Of a DNA stretch of 64,000 bases, positions 51,539 to 59,781 are shown piece by piece. This DNA comes from Coriobacteriia bacterium (GTDB taxonomy: Bacteria; Actinomycetota; Coriobacteriia; Coriobacteriales; UBA8131): NCBI GenBank assembly GCA_009784945.1, contig WQXH01000001.1, positions 23,257 to 87,256 of the forward strand. The letters run 5' to 3'. Under the pieces are notes generated by a model, which saw only the letters and a list, made by a program, of their open reading frames with translations, was not told where the DNA came from and did no database searches. How positions within the stretch are numbered: the stretch's first letter is position 1; every line of letters starts with the position of its first letter. A program made the position numbers and the translations under genes.

Positions 51539-52054
51539 GTGCGATTTGTTGCAGTAAAATCGGGGGATGATATCACCCTGCTCGCAAAGATGGCAAAGGA
51601 GATTTGGCTTGAGTACTGGCCTGATCGCATTGGGCTTGCGCAAACACAGTATATGATTGAAAAATATCAAAGCGCACAGGCGATAACTCAAGCGATTGGA
51701 GATGAGGGTTATCTCTATTATATGCTCGCTCATGGCGAGGAGTTCGTTGGGTACACTGGGGTTTGCATTGAGGAAGACTCTCAGAGACTCTTTGTATCAA
51801 AGCTCTATTTATATAAAGACCAACGTGGCAAGGGCTACGCTACCAAAACAATTAGACTCCTTGAGCAGCTGTGCAAAGAACATGGTTTGACGGCAATCTA
51901 CCTGAGCGTTAACAAGTACAATGATCTGGCTATTTGCGCTTATCAAGGCAACGGTTTTGTCATCGTGGATAGCATGGAAACGCCCATTGGCAGTGGTTTT
52001 GTGCTAGACGACTACCTCATGGAAAAGCCCCTGCTCAATCAGCAGCGTACATGA
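51539..52054 (+). CDS. GNAT family N-acetyltransferase
   Basis: Acetyl-CoA binding block QRGKGYATKTIRLLE and a GNAT beta-bulge region. GTG start. Confidence 0.7.
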   Translation: MRFVAVKSGDDITLLAKMAKEIWLEYWPDRIGLAQTQYMIEKYQSAQAITQAIGDEGYLYYMLAHGEEFVGYTGVCIEEDSQRLFVSKLYLYKDQRGKGYATKTIRLLEQLCKEHGLTAIYLSVNKYNDLAICAYQGNGFVIVDSMETPIGSGFVLDDYLMEKPLLNQQRT

Positions 52055-52104
52055 CTCCTCGACGCCATCGCTATACGACTGCTTTACCCTACACGTTTTC
52101 CGGC

Positions 52105-52866
52105 TTAGTGGGCACGCAATACCAGATAACAGTTAAGCAAGCTGGACCTGCCGTCAGAAACGAATCGACTAACGAGCAAGGTCTTGTCTGACACACGCTC
52201 AACAAGCTCATCTATCTCTTCGTCAGTAAAGCTGTGACAGTAGCGATACACACCTTCAAGCTTGTTCCAGTCAAGTAAAAAATCATTGTCTTCCAGCTTA
52301 TCAAGTCCTAGCTCTTGCAGAGCAACTTCATGTGTCTTGAGCGCCTTTGCCCTGAGGCCAATGTCGTTTAAAAACTGCCAAAAGGTTACAATAATATAGC
52401 CTCCTGGACGCACTTGATTTACCAGACAGGAAAGGAGCCTGGCTCGATTCTCCTGTAGCGGCGTATGATGCATAAACCCAAAGCATACAGCCAGATCACA
52501 CAGAGGTGCGTGGAAATGCTCGTTTAAGTCGAGGTCTTCTAACAGCACATCCAATACGTCCAGCTGCTGATAATGTGCAGTATGACCTTGAGGCACCAGG
52601 GGCTCGCAGTTATCAACAGCATAGTACGTCCACGCTGTGTCACTCAAGAGCACATTGCTCAAAAAACGCTGATACCTCATATTACCGCAGGCCAGGTCAA
52701 AGACTTGCAGTTTTGATACCCCACAAAGAAGGTTATCCTTAATAAGCTCAAAGCTGGTATGCCATCCCGGCCAGGCAGATTGACGTGTTGAAGAAAAAGA
52801 GTCCGAATGCTCCCGGTAAAAAACCGTATTGAGCACACTCAATCGTTGCGCGGTGTCAAAATCCAT
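52105..52866 (-). CDS. Class I SAM-dependent methyltransferase resembling Trm9 / ALKBH8 methyltransferase domain
   Basis: SFSSTRQSAWP (compare Trm9 HFSQTRYKPWP and ALKBH8 HFSSTRHTPWP, from memory). SAM motif I is VFDLACGNMRY, and the MHH block is GFMHH. The C-terminus has FLLDW and VYRYCHSFTDEEIDEL (compare YRYYHLYREGELAE). It is divergent from an Elp3 gene. Confidence 0.65.
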   Translation of the reverse strand: MDFDTAQRLSVLNTVFYREHSDSFSSTRQSAWPGWHTSFELIKDNLLCGVSKLQVFDLACGNMRYQRFLSNVLLSDTAWTYYAVDNCEPLVPQGHTAHYQQLDVLDVLLEDLDLNEHFHAPLCDLAVCFGFMHHTPLQENRARLLSCLVNQVRPGGYIIVTFWQFLNDIGLRAKALKTHEVALQELGLDKLEDNDFLLDWNKLEGVYRYCHSFTDEEIDELVERVSDKTLLVSRFVSDGRSSLLNCYLVLRAH

Positions 52867-52908
52867 AAATGCATTCCATATCCTGATACTCCGTACGAAT
52901 AACTTGTT

Positions 52909-52923
52909 TTCTATAGTATAGAA
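52909..52923. promoter_or_regulatory. 15-bp perfect palindrome in the 68-bp divergent Elp3/methyltransferase control region
   Basis: TTCTATA-G-TATAGAA contains TATAGT (+) and TATACT (-) hexamers. These could be back-to-back -10 elements and/or an operator. Confidence 0.3.
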
Positions 52924-52934
52924 TACTTACCAGC

Positions 52935-54746
52935 ATGGATGAGATAGTCTTAGATATACTCGAACAGCTTAAAAGCCCCAAGGGACTTGATGACAAGCGC
53001 CTGGCGGCGGTTTTCCGCAGGCACAACAAGGTTCTTGAGCGGGGGAGGCGGCAGTACTCAAAAAAGCGTCTTTTGCCGTACTATCTTAAGATTAAAGAAA
53101 CAGACCCCAAGCTCTGGGTCAGTTGGAACATAGATGAAAATCTAGAGCGTGAGTTTTTAAAAAAGCTCAGGGTTAAGCCACGAAGAACTGCCTCTGGTGT
53201 AGCTACTATTACGGTCATCACAAAGCCATGGAGATGCTCGAGCAACTGCCTGTATTGTCCCAATGACCTCAGAATGCCAAAGAGCTATTTGAGTGATGAG
53301 CCAGCGTGCCAACGTGCTGAGCGGAATTACTTTGATCCCTACCTGCAAGTATCTGCGCGCTTGCGCACCTTGATTCAGATGGGGCATATTACCGACAAAA
53401 TCGAAATGATAGTCCTGGGCGGAACCTGGAGCGACTATCCCGAGGGCTACCAGCTCTGGTTTATGACCGAACTGTATAGAGCGCTGAGTGACGCTGGTCA
53501 AGACATGAGCAAGCATGCTCGCGAGCGGCGGCGGCTCTACAAGGCTCACGACCTGAGCAATGACGAAGATGAGTTGCGTGAGTTTGTAGAGGTCAAGCAG
53601 GGGCTCATCAATCGTGGCCTGCTCAACTACAATCAGGCTGTAGATGAACTCTATGGCAGCCAAAGCGCCTGGGTTCAAGTGTCAAGCCAACAAACTGCAA
53701 GCTTTGAAGAACTCAAGTATCAGCAAGACCGTAACGAAACTGCAAAGCATCGCATGGTAGGACTCGTCATTGAAACCCGACCAGACCTCATTTCTGCCAC
53801 AAGCCTCACCATGCTCAGGCATCTCGGCTGTACCAAGATACAAATGGGAGTACAGAGCCTTAACCCGAGGGTGCTTGAATACAATAACCGAAGCATCAGC
53901 GTAGAGAGTATACGTTCTTCCTTTGCGCTTCTTCGCATTTTTGGCTTCAAGATTCACGCTCACTTCATGGTAAATCTATATGGATCTACTGCCAGCCAAG
54001 ACAAGTTAGACTACGCTCGCTTTGTCAATGACGCAGACTTTATACCCGACGAAGTCAAGTTGTACCCTTGCGCCCTTATTGAAGGAACCCAACTCTGCTT
54101 ACACTACGCAGACAAGAGCTGGCAGCCTTATAGCGAAGAGGAGCTCGTTGACGTACTGGTTGATAACACCTTGCAAACCCCACCCTTTGTGAGGATTTCT
54201 CGGATGATACGAGACTTCTCTGCGCCAGATGTGCTTGCGGGCAACAAAAAAACCAATCTCAGACAACTGGTAGAGCGCACAATAGAACAAAGCAATGAAA
54301 AGATAAGGGAGATCAGGTATCGCGAAATCAGTACCACTAGCCTCGAAACAGATAAACTCGAGCTAGAAGTTCTAGATTACACCAGTTCAAATACTAAGGA
54401 ATACTTTTTGCAATGGGTCACCTCAGATGACCAGATAGCAGGGTTTTTACGTCTATCACTCCCCCTTTTAGGCTTTGTTGCAAAGAACCAAGAATGGCTG
54501 CCAGTAACACCACAAGACGCAATGATTAGAGAAGTGCACATCTACGGAAAAGTAGCTGAATTACAATCGATAGGGGAGGGCGCACAGCATACTGGTTTAG
54601 GCAAGCAGCTTATTGCCACTGCCTGCAATATCGCTCGGGAGCAAGGATATAAGAGACTCAATGTTATCAGCTCAGTGGGCACGAGAGAGTACTACCGAAG
54701 CCTGGGCTTTGAGGACGGCGAGCTTTACCAGCAATTACCTCTCTAA
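52935..54746 (+). CDS. elp3: Elp3-family radical SAM / GNAT enzyme (tRNA U34 carboxymethylation type)
   Basis: KPRRTASGVATITVITKPWRCSSNCLYCPNDLRMPKSYL (Cys triad), GHITDKIEMIVLGGTW, TKIQMGVQS, and the C-terminal GNAT REVHIYGKVAEL...QHTGLGKQLI...ISSVGTREYYRSLGF. These are collinear with eukaryotic/archaeal Elp3 as I recall it. Confidence 0.85.
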   Translation: MDEIVLDILEQLKSPKGLDDKRLAAVFRRHNKVLERGRRQYSKKRLLPYYLKIKETDPKLWVSWNIDENLEREFLKKLRVKPRRTASGVATITVITKPWRCSSNCLYCPNDLRMPKSYLSDEPACQRAERNYFDPYLQVSARLRTLIQMGHITDKIEMIVLGGTWSDYPEGYQLWFMTELYRALSDAGQDMSKHARERRRLYKAHDLSNDEDELREFVEVKQGLINRGLLNYNQAVDELYGSQSAWVQVSSQQTASFEELKYQQDRNETAKHRMVGLVIETRPDLISATSLTMLRHLGCTKIQMGVQSLNPRVLEYNNRSISVESIRSSFALLRIFGFKIHAHFMVNLYGSTASQDKLDYARFVNDADFIPDEVKLYPCALIEGTQLCLHYADKSWQPYSEEELVDVLVDNTLQTPPFVRISRMIRDFSAPDVLAGNKKTNLRQLVERTIEQSNEKIREIRYREISTTSLETDKLELEVLDYTSSNTKEYFLQWVTSDDQIAGFLRLSLPLLGFVAKNQEWLPVTPQDAMIREVHIYGKVAELQSIGEGAQHTGLGKQLIATACNIAREQGYKRLNVISSVGTREYYRSLGFEDGELYQQLPL

Positions 54747-54771
54747 TACCCTCAAACGTCTGCCACCCTGC

Positions 54772-55668
54772 TTAAGCGGAAAAAAGATCGGTGCTCAGAT
54801 ACTTCTCGCCTCTGTCTGGAAGAATAACCACCATGACACCGCTCGAAAGCTTTTCTATCTCCCTCACCGCTGCGAGCATGGCTGCCCCACTTGACATGCC
54901 AACAAAAATGCCCTCTTCTTGCACAATGCGCCGTGCCATTTCATAGGCCTCATCGGTATCTATGAGAATGCTGTCGTCTATTTCAGTGATATCATATATC
55001 TCTGGAACGATTGCTTCGGCAAGGCTTTTAAGCCCCTGTATGTAGTGACCTAAAACAGGCTGAGCCTCAATAATCCTCACCGAGGGGTTGCGCTCCTTAA
55101 GCATCATGCCCACTCCCATCAGCGTGCCCGAGGTGCCCAAGGCAGACACAAAATGTGTAATGCGCCCGTTTGTTTGCTCCCAAATCTCCTCAGCAGTAGT
55201 TTTGTAGTGGGCAATCTTATTGTATACATTTGAGAATTGGTTGGGATTGAAGTAAAGTTCGGGATTAGCTTCTACCAGCTCCTTAGTCTTAAGAATTGCG
55301 CCATCGGTGCCCAGGTCGGCGGCGGTGAGGATAATCTCTGCTCCAAAGGCCTTAATCATCTTTTGGCGCTCAATTGACACTGCCGAACTCATCACTATCT
55401 GCACCCGAAAGCCCTTTACAGCCCCTATCATGGCAAGCGCAATGCCCGTATTGCCAGAAGTAGCCTCTATGATGATTTTTCCCTCATCTAAGATTCCATC
55501 AGCTTGCGCCTGCTCCAGCATTTTGAGCGCAATACGATCTTTGATGCTACCGGTAGGGTTAAAGCCCTCTATCTTGGCGTAAAGCTCCACCTGAGGGTTA
55601 GGATTAAGGGCATTAATGCGCACCAAGGGCGTATTTCCTATGGTGTCGAGGATGGTGTCAAATATCAT
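54772..55668 (-). CDS. cysK: Cysteine synthase A (O-acetylserine sulfhydrylase)
   Basis: IGNTPLVRIN, the PLP lysine context NPTGSIKDR, and GTSGT. The internal ATG at 55668 (MIFDTILD) is preferred over 55713. Confidence 0.9.
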   Translation of the reverse strand: MIFDTILDTIGNTPLVRINALNPNPQVELYAKIEGFNPTGSIKDRIALKMLEQAQADGILDEGKIIIEATSGNTGIALAMIGAVKGFRVQIVMSSAVSIERQKMIKAFGAEIILTAADLGTDGAILKTKELVEANPELYFNPNQFSNVYNKIAHYKTTAEEIWEQTNGRITHFVSALGTSGTLMGVGMMLKERNPSVRIIEAQPVLGHYIQGLKSLAEAIVPEIYDITEIDDSILIDTDEAYEMARRIVQEEGIFVGMSSGAAMLAAVREIEKLSSGVMVVILPDRGEKYLSTDLFSA

Positions 55669-55716
55669 AAGTTCGCCTTGTCTCACTTGTAACAACCTGT
55701 TTATTATACTCAAGAT

Positions 55717-55810
55717 AGTGCTAAAATTTGATGGTCAGGCAATAGCCGGGTCCATAGTGGACAACAGAGTAATCTGTGGGACTTCCTTAGTTTGAGGAAG
55801 TCTTTTTTTT
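55717..55810 (+). promoter_or_regulatory. Structured 5' leader of the CDF transporter gene; possible NiCo (czcD-motif)-like metal riboswitch with terminator expression platform
   Basis: The strings are CAGGCAAU (55736..55743), AGCCGGG (55744..55750), hairpin GUCC/GGAC (55750..55762), AAC, hairpin ACAGA-GUAA-UCUGU (55764..55777), then GGGAC (55778..55782). GGGAC is shared with the 5' arm of an intrinsic terminator. These strings and their order resemble conserved junction nucleotides of the czcD/NiCo motif as I remember them, but a P2-equivalent hairpin is not evident. Confidence 0.4.
55779..55810 (+). terminator. Intrinsic terminator 32 nt upstream of the CDF transporter start
   Basis: GACTTCCT (55780..55787) pairs with AGGAAGTC (55795..55802) around a 7-nt loop, followed by T8 (55803..55810). 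It sits in a divergent intergenic region, so it can only act on a + strand leader transcript. Confidence 0.75.
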
Positions 55811-55841
55811 GAGATAGTAATGTGCGCAGGAGGTTAAGCTG

Positions 55842-56903
55842 GTGCAAAAGCATAAAACAAAAGATGTGAGCATCCAGGAGTCTGTGCCGCCTGAGATAAC
55901 TACAGATGCACAAACTTGCAATACAGCAGCGCAACAAACGGCCAAGGAAAAGTCTCGTGTTGCCACACTCTCTGTAATATCAAACAGCTGCCTAACCACT
56001 TCTAAGCTGATAGTTGGCTTTTTGAGCGGCTCGGTGAGTATTTTTTCTGAGGGCATACATTCGGGAATCGATCTCCTTGCTGCTTGTATCGCACTCTTTG
56101 CTGTAAAACAATCCGCCAAACCAGCGGATTCGCGCCACGCCTACGGGCACGGAAAGTTTGAGAACCTGGCTGGCACCATAGAGGCGCTTCTCATCTTCAT
56201 TGCCGTAGTCTTTATCGTAAACGAGGCAGTACAAAAGATTTTTCATATCATCACTGGCAACAGTGGCGAGGTGGGCGATCTGGCGCTGAGTCTTGGACTC
56301 ATCGTCATGGGTGGCTCAGCAGTAGTCAATATTGTCGTCTCTACGCTTTTGATGCGTGTAGCAAAAAGAACCGATTCTGTAGCTTTGGAGGCAGATGCTA
56401 TGCACCTGCGCACCGATGTGTACACCTCTGCAGGCGTATTCTTTGCCCTGCTTATCATTAGGTTTACCGGATGGCATATTTTAGATCCTATTATTGCCCT
56501 CTTTGTGGCTGCTTTGATACTTAAGGCTGCCTATGACCTACTTAAGAAGGCCTTCTTTCCACTGGTTGACATCAGTCTGCCAAAGGAGGAAACTCAAATC
56601 ATTACCGAGGTTCTTGCCCTTCATGATGATAAATTCGTAGAGTTTCATGATTTGCGCACGCGCAAGGCCGGGGCAGATCGACATGTAGATTTGCATCTGG
56701 TAGTCCCTAAGTTTATGTCGGTAGCTCAAATGCACGAGGTTTGTGATGAAATCGAGTTCGATATCAGCAAACGGCTTAGGAGCACACATATATTGATTCA
56801 TGCCGAGCCTTGTAGTATTGACAACAAGCAATGCCCCTATGAAACTGGGTCGAGCGATTCCTGTCAGCACTGCAATAGCCAGCCCCAATCTATGGTTGAG
56901 TAA
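55842..56903 (+). CDS. Cation diffusion facilitator (CzcD/ZitB-like) metal efflux transporter
   Basis: LSGSVSIFSEGIHSGIDLLAA (TM2 metal site), HLRTDVYTS (TM5), and a C-terminal cytoplasmic domain ending in a Cys/His-containing tail. GTG start with GCAGGAGG 8 nt upstream. Confidence 0.85.
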   Translation: MQKHKTKDVSIQESVPPEITTDAQTCNTAAQQTAKEKSRVATLSVISNSCLTTSKLIVGFLSGSVSIFSEGIHSGIDLLAACIALFAVKQSAKPADSRHAYGHGKFENLAGTIEALLIFIAVVFIVNEAVQKIFHIITGNSGEVGDLALSLGLIVMGGSAVVNIVVSTLLMRVAKRTDSVALEADAMHLRTDVYTSAGVFFALLIIRFTGWHILDPIIALFVAALILKAAYDLLKKAFFPLVDISLPKEETQIITEVLALHDDKFVEFHDLRTRKAGADRHVDLHLVVPKFMSVAQMHEVCDEIEFDISKRLRSTHILIHAEPCSIDNKQCPYETGSSDSCQHCNSQPQSMVE

Positions 56904-57639
56904 TGCTCAACGTAGAAAACTCCATTTTAAGCAGATCAATTTGCAACCACGAGTGCCTGAGACTTAGTGGCCTGCCAACTAAGAGTTTTACCGCCTCTGC
57001 GATAGCCAGGCTGGCGACGACCGCAGGCGCAAACGCTGGGTTGCCTGTAGCGCACTTTGCTGTATCTTCATTTACTTCTCCTATGGCACTCTCTCCTGCG
57101 TCTTGGGCAGTGCCATAGAGTTCAGATATCAGGCGGTCTTTTGGAAGACAAAGCCCCAGCATGCCGTACCATCCATTTATTGCCGCAAATAACAAAGGGA
57201 TGCCCAGGGTCTCGGCAGCATGTTCTAGCACCAGTCGCGCTGCAATTGAGTCCAAGGCATCCATTGCTAAATCTGCGTTAGCGAGAAGCTGCTGAGCATT
57301 TCCGCCACCAAGACAGACGGTGTGTGCCTCAATACAAACCAAATTGTTGATATGCTCCAGACGCTCTTTGGCAGCCAGCACCTTGTAGCTTCCTATCGTT
57401 TGCTCAGTGGCAGTGAGCTGACGGTTGAGATTGGTCTCGTCATGACAATCACCGTCTATAAGGACGAGCCGTCCAATGCCGAGGCGCACTAGCTGCTCAG
57501 CCATGTAGCCACCCAAGCCCCCCATGCCAACTATTGCCACACTGGAATTACCAAGAGCTTTTTGCTCGTCGTGGCTAATGGCTGGATAATTCCTGTTGTA
57601 GCGTTGCGAAAAGTTACTCTTTTGCATTTCTGACCTCAT
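56890..57639 (-). CDS. ThiF/MoeB/HesA-family E1-like adenylyltransferase
   Basis: Nucleotide-binding loop VAIVGMGGLGGYMAEQLVRLGIGRLVLIDGD, ~249 aa, no rhodanese domain. Its 3' end overlaps the CDF gene end by 14 nt (convergent). Confidence 0.8.
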   Translation of the reverse strand: MRSEMQKSNFSQRYNRNYPAISHDEQKALGNSSVAIVGMGGLGGYMAEQLVRLGIGRLVLIDGDCHDETNLNRQLTATEQTIGSYKVLAAKERLEHINNLVCIEAHTVCLGGGNAQQLLANADLAMDALDSIAARLVLEHAAETLGIPLLFAAINGWYGMLGLCLPKDRLISELYGTAQDAGESAIGEVNEDTAKCATGNPAFAPAVVASLAIAEAVKLLVGRPLSLRHSWLQIDLLKMEFSTLSITQP

Positions 57640-57798
57640 GATGAGTGTTTACATGCTGACAAAAAGATTATAAGATGGTGCTGCCTTGCCAAAGTGCTAC
57701 CGTTGCACTTAATTTTACTTGGTAAGACGTTTTGCAACCCAGATTATAGTCTAATAGACTTCTGAGTATCATTAGACAACGTAAACAAGGAGACATGA

Positions 57799-59781
57799 AT
57801 GATAAGTTGCATGGGGCACATTCTCGAAGTTGACCTTTCCAGTGGGATGATTACCAAAACAGCAATCCCTGATGAAATCTATGAGCAGCTTCTTTCTGGC
57901 AAAGGTTTGGGGGCTTGGTATCTCTATAAAAACATACCAGCAGGTGCAGATCCGCTGGGTCCAGATAATGTATTGGGGTTTGTCAGTGGCGCTTTAACGG
58001 GCACCAATGCTCCTATCTGCGGACGCTGGTCAATTGTCACCAAATCTCCTCTCACCGATGGCTGGGGAGATGCAAATTGTGGTGGGAACTTTTCTCCCGC
58101 TATCAAAAAGTGCGGTGTGGATGCCATTTTCTTTAAAGGCATAAGTCAAAAGCCTGTGTACCTTTACGTGGATGACGAGGTATGCGAGCTGCGAGATGCG
58201 GCCGACTACTGGGGACTAGATGCAATAGAGTCAGAAGCAAAGCTTATCCAAGACAACACAACAGGTAAAAAGCCCAGTGTTGCTGTTATTGGCACGGCAG
58301 GGGAGCAACTCTCGCTCATCTCGGGCGTATGCAACGAAGGAGGGCGCATTGCGGCACGCTCTGGCGTTGGAGCAGTCATGGGAAGTAAAAACCTCAAGGC
58401 GCTCGTGCTCTTAGGCTCCAAAAAAATTGCGTGTTTTGATAAAAAGACTATGAATGCATTTAACAAGGAGCTTGCTGTTAAGATAAAAAAGGCGTATCCG
58501 GCTGGCTTTATGAAGGGCGCAACCTACGGACTGCTCGGCACGGTTTTTGGCAAGTTACCCATCAACATGCCACTTGACGGCTCTATCAACATTGGGCCTT
58601 TGAGCAAGTGGGGCTCCTCTGTTAATACCGTCTTAGGAGTTCAAAGCGGCGATGGTCCCGTCAAAAACTGGGCAGGGAGCCCCAAAGATGCCAAGTGGGT
58701 CTCAAAAAAATACAATCCGGACAGACTCTTTGATAGAGAGATACAAAAATACAACTGCTATTCGTGCACGCTGGGCTGCGGTGCTGTGGTTAACACCAAG
58801 GATCTCTACGATGGAAAATATGAGCACACTCATAAGCCTGAGTACGAGACGGTGGATGCCTTTGGCCCTCTATTGCTTAATGATAATCTGGATTCGGTGC
58901 TGCGGATAAATGAGATTACCAATCGGGCGGGCATAGATACTATCTCGGTAGGCAATACGGTGGCTTATGCCATTGAGTGTTATGAAAACGGTTTGATTAC
59001 CAATCAACAGACGGGAGGCCTCAAGCTTACCTGGGGCAATCATCAAGACATTGTCAAGCTTGTTGAGATGATCATTGCACGAGAAGGCATAGGTGACCTG
59101 CTGGCTGACGGTGTAAAAAAGGCCGCTGAGCATTTTGGTCAACAGACGCAACAATACGCCATGCACATAGGGGGGCAGGAGCCTGGTCTCCATGAGCCCC
59201 GGCAAGACTTGCAGCTTGCTGTTCACTTCATGACTGATCCAGCGCCAGGCAAACATACCATTGGGTCTGGCATTGCATATGGCAACATGGCACTTTGGGA
59301 TGTATGCAGCTGGGCTCCTGTAGCCAGACCAGAAAACAAGAAAAAGGCTCGAATGCCCAGCGAGACGCTGGGCAAGGCTTCTGCCGCCACTGCCTGCTAT
59401 ACGATGTTGGTGGACGGAGCAGGCGGCTGCTACTATGGACAGATTATAGGTGCACACAACTGGAAACTGGTTTCTTACCTCAACACTGCAACCGGCTGGA
59501 GCAAGACAGGCGATGAATACATAGAAATTGGCAAAAGGATACAAACACTCAGAACCCTCTTTAACGTTAAGCATGGCGTCATGCCAGCAAGCAGGGAGCT
59601 TCCCAAAAGGCTTGAAGGCAAGCCCCCTCTCAGAAGTGGGCCGCTCAAGGGTGCCACTATCGACACCAAGGAACAGGCAAAGCTTTACTGGAAAGAAATG
59701 GGTTGCGATATGAGCACCGGAGCACCTCTTGATGAGACGGTGGCTCAATTAGGGATACCCGAACTGCTGGGCAGGACATGA
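57799..59781 (+). CDS. aor: Aldehyde:ferredoxin oxidoreductase (tungstopterin AOR family)
   Basis: ILEVDLSSGMITKTAIPDE...GKGLGAWYL N-terminal domain, 660 aa, and a Cys-containing Fe-S/pterin region (CYSCTLGC). AAGGAG lies 6 nt before ATG 57799. Confidence 0.9.
   Translation: MISCMGHILEVDLSSGMITKTAIPDEIYEQLLSGKGLGAWYLYKNIPAGADPLGPDNVLGFVSGALTGTNAPICGRWSIVTKSPLTDGWGDANCGGNFSPAIKKCGVDAIFFKGISQKPVYLYVDDEVCELRDAADYWGLDAIESEAKLIQDNTTGKKPSVAVIGTAGEQLSLISGVCNEGGRIAARSGVGAVMGSKNLKALVLLGSKKIACFDKKTMNAFNKELAVKIKKAYPAGFMKGATYGLLGTVFGKLPINMPLDGSINIGPLSKWGSSVNTVLGVQSGDGPVKNWAGSPKDAKWVSKKYNPDRLFDREIQKYNCYSCTLGCGAVVNTKDLYDGKYEHTHKPEYETVDAFGPLLLNDNLDSVLRINEITNRAGIDTISVGNTVAYAIECYENGLITNQQTGGLKLTWGNHQDIVKLVEMIIAREGIGDLLADGVKKAAEHFGQQTQQYAMHIGGQEPGLHEPRQDLQLAVHFMTDPAPGKHTIGSGIAYGNMALWDVCSWAPVARPENKKKARMPSETLGKASAATACYTMLVDGAGGCYYGQIIGAHNWKLVSYLNTATGWSKTGDEYIEIGKRIQTLRTLFNVKHGVMPASRELPKRLEGKPPLRSGPLKGATIDTKEQAKLYWKEMGCDMSTGAPLDETVAQLGIPELLGRT

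Noticed and set aside
57640-57798. Moco/tungsten-cofactor riboswitch upstream of aor
   Set aside because: The spacer is AT-rich and lacks the GC-rich conserved helices I associate with the Moco RNA motif. Only a short palindrome was found, and it is reported under the AOR finding.
58870-59748. 292-aa ORF antisense to the aldehyde:ferredoxin oxidoreductase gene
   Set aside because: It is fully embedded antisense in a CDS with strong family motifs. The translation is Cys/Arg/Leu-rich with no recognisable domain and no SD. This is the typical shadow ORF of a moderately GC-rich gene.
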